A DNA stretch of 64,000 bases from positions 96,001-160,000 of IMG/VR virus record IMGVR_UViG_3300014000_000001, one strand, 5' to 3'. Below, in pieces: positions 57,752-64,000 of this stretch. This DNA is from a virus (Duplodnaviria > Caudoviricetes). The position numbers were made by a program, and so were the translations under genes. The notes beneath the pieces are model-generated. The model worked only from the letters and a program-made list of their open reading frames with translations, did no database searches and was not told where the DNA came from. Positions within the stretch are counted from its first letter, which is position 1. Each line of letters starts with the position of its first letter.

Positions 57752-59275
57752 ATGTCTTTTGAAGATGATTTAATTGATCTTCCTGCACGGATTAATCGTT
57801 ATCGTGATGCAGGATATGATCGAGCTGAAGCCGCACGTATGGCTCGCTCAGATGCAGTTGGGGTAGCGAAGCAAGTTTTAATGGAAGACTACGCTGACCC
57901 AGTTGCAGTTGAAATTGAAAACCTTGATCAAATTCCAGTGGAATCAGTGGAAGATGATATTATTCATGAGCGCTTAGAAACAGCTGTTGAAGTTGCTGCG
58001 ATCACCAATGCTTGTGTGCGCCACCGCATTGGAATGAGTGATACTAATTACAAACTCCTCGCAGCATTACAAAACCATTTACTTTCAAAAGGGATTGGTT
58101 CAGCAGCTGTGATGCCTAAACTTGAATCCATCCATGCTGAAGCTATTTCCCCAATGCAGCTTACAATTCACATGGAAGATACTTCTAAGTTCTCCATGAA
58201 AGAAATGTGGCAGAAGCTTAAGCAGTCATTTATCAATGCGTTTAACCGTATTAAGAGCTGGTATATTAAAGCTTTTGATGCGACCAATCGTTTGGGTAAA
58301 AAAGCAGCAGCGGTGAAACAAACTGCTGAAAACAAACAAGGTACCATGAATAATAATACCTTTGAATTCAGTGGCATGAAACAACTTGCTATGAATAATA
58401 AAGCTCCTGATCCAGCGCAGTTTGCTCAGTCCATTCAAAGCATGTCTGGAATGACCATGAACATTCTGGGTAAGAATGCTGAGTATTATAACAAGTTGAC
58501 TGAGAACATGGATAAGGCTCTGCAAGAGTTAATTAAACAAGTTCCAAAACAAGCCCCAGCACAGCAAGGTAATAACACCACTCAACAGCAACAGCCGACA
58601 GGTAATCAAGCTGACTTCACTACCGCAACTGCAAATAACAATGTCATGACCGCAATCATGGCAGAAGTGGGTAATGTGCAAAAAGCATTGGGTGGTGATC
58701 AGAATCTTGAACCTTGGACAAATGCTGGGCAAGATGAACGCTTTAAAGATCTTGCAAGCTCTGGTAATGCCACTTTCTACAAATCTAAAGCCATTCTCCC
58801 AGGAGATAAAATGGCGGTGATCTCTGTACCTAATGTTGCTTCAGCTAACGGTGGTCAATCAGGTGCTTCTGACTTTAAAGACATGAAGCTTGCGTTTGGT
58901 TGTACAGTTGAACCAATTAATCCTAAACCGCGTGAGATGGAAGACAATGGACAATTCCGTACATTGAACACTTCTCAAATTATCTCGATCTGTGATTCAG
59001 TCATGGAAGCGTGTAAGGTTGGTTTAGATTATAAACTTCTTTTTGCACAGCGCGATAAAGCTTTCCAAACTTTAGGGAAACAACTTGAACAAACTGTCAA
59101 CCAAGCCGAAAACTTACATGGCCCATCCTTAACCTTTGCTCGTGCTAACATCTCTGCATGTACCGCGATCTTTAATAAGATCAACTCAGGTGAAGGTCGT
59201 TGGTTCCGCTATGCGATGGGGGTGTTCTCCAAAGCGGTAGATTATTCTCAACAATCACTGAATCAAATTCAATAA
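57752..59275 (+). CDS. internal head protein, phiKZ gp93-97 paralog family
   Basis: HME-D...MWQKLKQSF...IKSWY, LPGDK, TLNTSQI..ICD. Confidence 0.78.
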   Translation: MSFEDDLIDLPARINRYRDAGYDRAEAARMARSDAVGVAKQVLMEDYADPVAVEIENLDQIPVESVEDDIIHERLETAVEVAAITNACVRHRIGMSDTNYKLLAALQNHLLSKGIGSAAVMPKLESIHAEAISPMQLTIHMEDTSKFSMKEMWQKLKQSFINAFNRIKSWYIKAFDATNRLGKKAAAVKQTAENKQGTMNNNTFEFSGMKQLAMNNKAPDPAQFAQSIQSMSGMTMNILGKNAEYYNKLTENMDKALQELIKQVPKQAPAQQGNNTTQQQQPTGNQADFTTATANNNVMTAIMAEVGNVQKALGGDQNLEPWTNAGQDERFKDLASSGNATFYKSKAILPGDKMAVISVPNVASANGGQSGASDFKDMKLAFGCTVEPINPKPREMEDNGQFRTLNTSQIISICDSVMEACKVGLDYKLLFAQRDKAFQTLGKQLEQTVNQAENLHGPSLTFARANISACTAIFNKINSGEGRWFRYAMGVFSKAVDYSQQSLNQIQ

Positions 59276-59287
59276 GGGAGATCCAAG

Positions 59288-60550
59288 ATGAGTGATCTTA
59301 ATGTTTCTGATGTATTATCAGAAGCCAGTGACATTTATCAGCAGATCACCCAAACCAGTGATCAAAATGATAATATCGACAATGCATTAGAACTCGTTGA
59401 AGAAGTGGGCGACAGTGCAGGTGGGTTAGTTCAAGAAGGTTTTAGTTCAGTCAACACCAAACTGTTAAAAATCGTACTTGAAGATATTGTGGGTGTGGAT
59501 CTACTTACCACTTATTCAGTTAAACTTGAAGATGGTATGAATCCTACCCAAACCAAATTGGTGATGGAATCAGTTAAACAAGTGGTGCGAGATTTCTGGC
59601 AAGCCTTAAAGAACTCTTTCAATGCGATTTGGGCAAAGCTTAAGAGCTGGTACATTACAGTAACATCAGCATCAGAGTCTCTGGTGAAAAAAGCCAATAA
59701 GATTAAATCTCGTGCTGAAACTTTATCTACTACTCCAACTGAACGTAAGTTTGAATTTAAACATCCTGAAAACATTCAGATTCAACGTAAAGTAAATTCT
59801 GCTTCGTTACAAGCTGGGCTTAAAACCGTTAATACTGTACTTGAACAAACGCTTAATACTCGTTCAACCAATGAAGTGGAAAACTTCATTGAAGCTGCAG
59901 AAGATGCGCTTGATAACTTCATTAAGAACTCATCAGCGTCGAATCCTGATTCATCTTGGGCGAATCGTTTCTCTGATCTTTATAAACCATCAGTGAATGT
60001 AAAAACTTCACCATTATCGGATGTGAAGATCAAAGAGCAAATCATCTATGATGATAAGAATGCTGAGTATGACATCACTGATGTTATGCCTGGTGATACT
60101 TCGATTGTTTATTCTAAACTCAAAGCCGAATCAACTTTACCTCTTTCTGAGAAGCTAGGTTTGATTTCTGCACGCTTAGTGAAGACCACTCAAAAAGAAG
60201 CCGAATCAACAGTACAGGCTGATACACTCTATCCTGAGCAGGTATCTGCAATTTGTGATTTAGTGGTTGAATTGAATGAACAGATCACCTTCTATGAAAA
60301 AGCATGGCAACGTCGTGACAAATTCATGAACAAAGTGCTTTCATCTTTAGATAAGTCAATTGAAAAGATTGACAATGAAGAAGTTGCGGAAGGTCACGAC
60401 AAGGTGTACAAGAAGACGACGCGTGCTATTCTTTCAGCGATCAAACGCTCAAATACCTTTAACGCCTCTCTTATCAACTATGTTGTTAAAACCAGTGCTG
60501 GAGCATTAGCGTATTGCGAAGCTTCCATTTCTTTCTACAAGAACGCATAA
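59288..60550 (+). CDS. internal head protein, phiKZ gp93-97 paralog family
   Basis: VME-SVKQVVRDFWQALK...KSWY, MPGD, TL.PEQVSAICD. Confidence 0.78.
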   Translation: MSDLNVSDVLSEASDIYQQITQTSDQNDNIDNALELVEEVGDSAGGLVQEGFSSVNTKLLKIVLEDIVGVDLLTTYSVKLEDGMNPTQTKLVMESVKQVVRDFWQALKNSFNAIWAKLKSWYITVTSASESLVKKANKIKSRAETLSTTPTERKFEFKHPENIQIQRKVNSASLQAGLKTVNTVLEQTLNTRSTNEVENFIEAAEDALDNFIKNSSASNPDSSWANRFSDLYKPSVNVKTSPLSDVKIKEQIIYDDKNAEYDITDVMPGDTSIVYSKLKAESTLPLSEKLGLISARLVKTTQKEAESTVQADTLYPEQVSAICDLVVELNEQITFYEKAWQRRDKFMNKVLSSLDKSIEKIDNEEVAEGHDKVYKKTTRAILSAIKRSNTFNASLINYVVKTSAGALAYCEASISFYKNA

Positions 60551-60551
60551 C

Positions 60552-60579
60552 AAGATAGGGTGCCTAGGCACCCTATCTT
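60552..60579. terminator. perfect 28-bp palindromic terminator
   Basis: AAGATAGGGTGCCTAGGCACCCTATCTT. Confidence 0.8.
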
Positions 60580-60625
60580 AATTTACGATGTTATCTGTTT
60601 ATGTGATGAAAAAGAGGATAATCAA

Positions 60626-61582
60626 ATGTACATGTATAAGTTTACTCGCGAAGATCTCCAACAACTAGGATTGTTGAGTGATCCAGATGCAGAACCTCGT
60701 CTCATGGGGATTCAGATGTGTGTTGTTGCTAACGAAACATTAGAAGGTGTGCTGGGGTTTCACGGCTATGATCAAATCAAAGAAGTTAATTTAATTGAAC
60801 TTTCTGCTAACGCTGAAGTGTGTTTAAAAGCAACTGGTCAGGGTTCGGCATTCATTCGTACTGGGGAAGATGGTAAATGGGAAGTTATCTCACAACCTGC
60901 GTCATGGTGCACTTCAAACCAGTATACTGTAACCACGTTCATGATTCCCCTTCTCCCTCCATATGTAACGTTGAAGTTCACAGATGAACAATATCAACAA
61001 TACTTAAAAGGAGGCTCGTTCCTCTCTGTAGTGACCTATCATAAACTTGAAGAATATCCAGTTCCTTACACTCGCTTAATCCCAATGTTTGATCAACCCG
61101 CTGCTGCTGGATTTATTCCATATACAGGTAATGGTTTTGAATTTAAAATCCTCTATGGGACCATCTTTGGTTTTGTAAATCATCTTGGATTAGTGGAAGG
61201 TACTCTATCACGCGTAACTGCTGATGGATATGAACCTGTGGATATCAACCTAGACGATTATCCGGTGGATGTGCGTAATGGGGTAGTGAATGTCATTCCC
61301 GATTATTCAAATCAAGATGGTCGTCGTTTTACTTACGAACGTAAAGATCCAGCACAGTATTGGATGATTAAGCGTAAAGAGGTAAAACCTCAATACGTGG
61401 TGAGTGTAAAACCAGAACCGTTTGAAACCATTTTGATTCAAGCTCCAATTGGTGCAGTCATTCTAATTCGTGAAGCATACAGTCAAAAAGCATTGGTGGT
61501 GACCAAAGACTCAACCTTTGAAGTAGATCCAGAGATCTATTTAAATGATCCACGTTTTGAACTCATGCCAATTCCAGCATAA
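60626..61582 (+). CDS. hypothetical protein (start MYMYK at 60626)
   Basis: AGAGGA RBS; the track start 60560 lies inside the terminator. Confidence 0.75.
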   Translation: MYMYKFTREDLQQLGLLSDPDAEPRLMGIQMCVVANETLEGVLGFHGYDQIKEVNLIELSANAEVCLKATGQGSAFIRTGEDGKWEVISQPASWCTSNQYTVTTFMIPLLPPYVTLKFTDEQYQQYLKGGSFLSVVTYHKLEEYPVPYTRLIPMFDQPAAAGFIPYTGNGFEFKILYGTIFGFVNHLGLVEGTLSRVTADGYEPVDINLDDYPVDVRNGVVNVIPDYSNQDGRRFTYERKDPAQYWMIKRKEVKPQYVVSVKPEPFETILIQAPIGAVILIREAYSQKALVVTKDSTFEVDPEIYLNDPRFELMPIPA

Positions 61583-61588
61583 GTAGAT

Positions 61589-61618
61589 GATAGAGGGCAT
61601 TACGCCCTCTATCGTTTT
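61589..61618 (+). terminator. terminator hairpin
   Basis: GATAGAGGGC-ATTAC-GCCCTCTATC. Confidence 0.75.
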
Positions 61619-61641
61619 ATGATGTTCTCAATAAATTTCAG

Positions 61642-61660
61642 ATATATACTATCTAGGTGA
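61642..61660 (+). promoter_or_regulatory. putative early promoter, copy 7
   Basis: ATATATACTATCTAGGTGA with upstream TCTCAATAAATTTCAG as in copy 6. Confidence 0.68.
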
Positions 61661-61697
61661 AATAAATATTACTTTTCTAATAATAGAGGGTTTCACC

Positions 61698-61976
61698 ATG
61701 CATACATTATTAAACTTCAATGAGCTTCGCCAACACATCCATGAATTGATTGGTGGCGCTCACCCACACGCAGTCGATAACTTCACTCAAGATGCGATTG
61801 ACTTCATCATCAACAATAAACATGTGATTCACGATGGCTTAGATCAAATTACCGTTCTTGGTAAGATCTCGCGCGCAGTAGTGAAGATCGGAGCAACTCA
61901 TGCCATCATCGTGATCAACGGGAATAAATCAATATTCCCGTTGAGCGTGGTGGGGAAGTTCTCTGAAGCAGCCTAA
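61698..61976 (+). CDS. small hypothetical early protein
   Basis: 92 aa, AGAGGG RBS, own promoter and terminator. Confidence 0.72.
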   Translation: MHTLLNFNELRQHIHELIGGAHPHAVDNFTQDAIDFIINNKHVIHDGLDQITVLGKISRAVVKIGATHAIIVINGNKSIFPLSVVGKFSEAA

Positions 61977-61993
61977 GGGTTGCTTCTTTTTTT
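61965..61993 (+). terminator. terminator hairpin
   Basis: GAAGCAGCCT-AA-GGGTTGCTTC plus T7. Confidence 0.75.
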
Positions 61994-62026
61994 GCTCGAT
62001 TTTATGAATAGTAATGGGAGGCTACC

Positions 62027-63601
62027 ATGCCACAGTTTCGAGCAGAGATCCCAGAGATCCATACACGTATCACAAGACCAATTATAAAACAGATTTTAGA
62101 TGATGTGTTGTCTCGGTTTAAAGAGATTCCTTTTCGAGAGTTTCGTTTTCCTGGAGATTCAGAAGCAATCCTAACCCCAGGCTCAGCGATTGATGGGGGT
62201 ATCTTATTTAACCGTGAACTTGTCAGTAACTATGTCGATGTGGAAGTTGAAGATCTACCTGATGACGAATATGGTCGTTCATTCCAAGCAACGAATCAGG
62301 TTAATCACTTTATCTTTCGGTGTGAGAAAACCAAATTAGATTTGTTCCCAGTTTATCAAAATCGTAAACTCACGATTAACTTTAAAGTGGTGTGTTCTTC
62401 AAGAGTGAGACTAAATGGGTTAATTACCCGCATGACTGAATCAATGCGTCAATCTCAGACCCTATTCACTCATTTGATTAGTTACAATTACGATATCCCT
62501 ACTCCATGTGTAGCCTTAATCAATAAAGTGTACGATATGATGCAGGCGAACTATCCTTATCCTGATCTTCCACCAAACAAGTGGTTCGAACAATCGAAGG
62601 TAGATAATCTTCAAATTGCCTATCGTCAAGATGGTAAAGGGGATACCTTGGTTTATAAAGAGAATGCAGTCAATGTACTCTCTAATCTTACCGAGCATGA
62701 GGAAGAGCCAAGAAAGAATAAAGATGCAGAAGTCGGGGTTTGGAATATTGAATTTGATTTAGAAGTTCGTTATCAAAGACCATCTTCGATTCGTGTCTCT
62801 TATCCACCAATCATCCATAATCAGTTTCTTGATGAAAGTTGGTTTAATAAACCGAAGACTTATGATTATACCAAATTTGCCGCAACTTCATCTTTAGGTA
62901 ATATGGCAATTGAGCGCTTCAAATGGAACATTGGTTATGGCGTTCCAGGTCGTGGGGATATCGGCTGTAAGGAACCTTACTTCGATGACTGGGGAAAAGA
63001 CATTGGCACACCTTCATCAGTTACTTTACTGACCGCACTGTCAGTTGTAGATGAAGCAGATCTACGTTACTTCTTTAATCCGTTTACTGATTTAACCGAT
63101 TATCAATTCCCAGAAGAAATTCAAAAACTCATGAAGATTGTACCAGAAGCAATGCTTTATTCGGGGAAACATTTTATTGGAATCAAAGCTTACTCTTGGA
63201 ACGATAATATCCGTCCAGAACATTTAAGTTTTGAAGGATCAGGAAAGATCATTACTGACTTTGATCTTAACCCACGTAACTACTATCATATCGTGTTTTC
63301 ATTTAATGCTGATCCTACCAATATTCATGGAAGTGTTTGGGACGAAGCCCTATGTGAGTTAGATGGATTGATTACTTATTTTGGAGTGTTTGGAGATAAA
63401 TACTCGGATAAGCTTAAAGCCATTATTGCTGAACTTAAAGAAGATCACGGTACTGATGAAGTGTGTCTTACTCGTGGGGTGATTGATGAGGTTATTCGTG
63501 ATCTAATCGAAGACGGCAATGAATTTGAAAACGGAAAATTGTATTGGGATCTTTATCCTGTGAGAACCCGTTTAGATTATCGCGTGATTGGAGAGATTTA
63601 A
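62027..63601 (+). CDS. virion structural protein (phiKZ gp98 position)
   Basis: 524 aa; ITRPI, PVY, H.ISYNY.IP, YQRP....VSYPPIIHNQ, PYFDDW. Confidence 0.68.
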   Translation: MPQFRAEIPEIHTRITRPIIKQILDDVLSRFKEIPFREFRFPGDSEAILTPGSAIDGGILFNRELVSNYVDVEVEDLPDDEYGRSFQATNQVNHFIFRCEKTKLDLFPVYQNRKLTINFKVVCSSRVRLNGLITRMTESMRQSQTLFTHLISYNYDIPTPCVALINKVYDMMQANYPYPDLPPNKWFEQSKVDNLQIAYRQDGKGDTLVYKENAVNVLSNLTEHEEEPRKNKDAEVGVWNIEFDLEVRYQRPSSIRVSYPPIIHNQFLDESWFNKPKTYDYTKFAATSSLGNMAIERFKWNIGYGVPGRGDIGCKEPYFDDWGKDIGTPSSVTLLTALSVVDEADLRYFFNPFTDLTDYQFPEEIQKLMKIVPEAMLYSGKHFIGIKAYSWNDNIRPEHLSFEGSGKIITDFDLNPRNYYHIVFSFNADPTNIHGSVWDEALCELDGLITYFGVFGDKYSDKLKAIIAELKEDHGTDEVCLTRGVIDEVIRDLIEDGNEFENGKLYWDLYPVRTRLDYRVIGEI

Positions 63602-63602
63602 A

Positions 63603-64000
63603 ATGCCAGGTTATAAAACCCCTTTCAACCTAAATGCTGATTTAAACGTCAAAGAGCCCGTTAAAAGCGTTGTAGAGGAAAGAGCTAGGGAATATAAGCA
63701 TTCCATTGTAACATCGCAGGAAGCGCCAATAGGAGCCATTCTAGCACACATAGAAGGATCTTCTTGGGTGGTTGATTATTACGCCCAAATGAAAGCAGCT
63801 AATGAAGAACCAAAAGAGTATGATTCTAACCAGTCTAAGCTCAATCAACAATACCATCTCATTTACAATCTAGAACTAAAATCTCAATCCCAAGATCCTG
63901 AAACTGAAGATGTAACCAATCGAGTTAACATGAATGGTACTGCCGTAGTTTATGCTGGGGTGATTCCTAATGTCGGGGATGTGATTATTTCAGATATTGG
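63603..64000 (+). CDS. virion structural protein (phiKZ gp99 position), 3'-truncated
   Basis: Open frame MPGYKTPF...HIEGSSWVVDYY...NQQYHLI...IPNVGDVIISDIG runs to the window end; GGAG RBS. Confidence 0.72.
   Translation, partial: MPGYKTPFNLNADLNVKEPVKSVVEERAREYKHSIVTSQEAPIGAILAHIEGSSWVVDYYAQMKAANEEPKEYDSNQSKLNQQYHLIYNLELKSQSQDPETEDVTNRVNMNGTAVVYAGVIPNVGDVIISDI

Noticed and set aside
60560-60625. ORF-track starts at 60560, 46655, 20816, 17920 and 5954
   Set aside because: They fall inside terminators, promoters or upstream genes; downstream ATGs have clear RBSs.
1-64000. Host assignment or alternative genetic code
   Set aside because: No host-diagnostic gene is present; long conserved ORFs read normally in the standard code and all three stop codons are used.

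Overview
The window is a 64-kb, AT-rich stretch of a nucleus-forming phiKZ-like jumbo phage (Chimalliviridae). It is colinear with roughly phiKZ gp42-gp99; phiKZ gene numbers are assigned from recalled synteny plus motifs, not from a database search. It encodes: a split family-B DNA polymerase (two genes ~31 kb apart), chimallin, four non-virion RNA polymerase (nvRNAP) subunits, ChmC- and PicA-like nucleus proteins, an Mre11/SbcD nuclease, an SF2 helicase, one virion RNAP subunit, baseplate proteins and an array of paralogous internal head proteins. Structure not shown by the ORF track: (1) a 2,431-nt group I intron (13688-16118) splits the catalytic NADFDGD motif of the nvRNAP beta-prime subunit. 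It carries two ORFs, an intact NUMOD4-HNH endonuclease and an apparently catalytically dead paralog, bracketed by a perfect 27-bp long-range inverted repeat. (2) A U_UUU_UUU -1 frameshift site (34583-34589, minus strand) would fuse a 570-aa protein to a downstream frame, as in tail-chaperone G/GT pairs. (3) There are seven copies of an early-promoter motif, many TATG late-promoter candidates, and zero-spacer palindromic terminators often centred on CCTAGG. (4) Head proteins carry an atypical putative maturation motif (x-[K/H/V/R/T]-[M/L/F/Q]-E). No tRNA, rRNA or CRISPR array was seen, and the host cannot be determined from this window.
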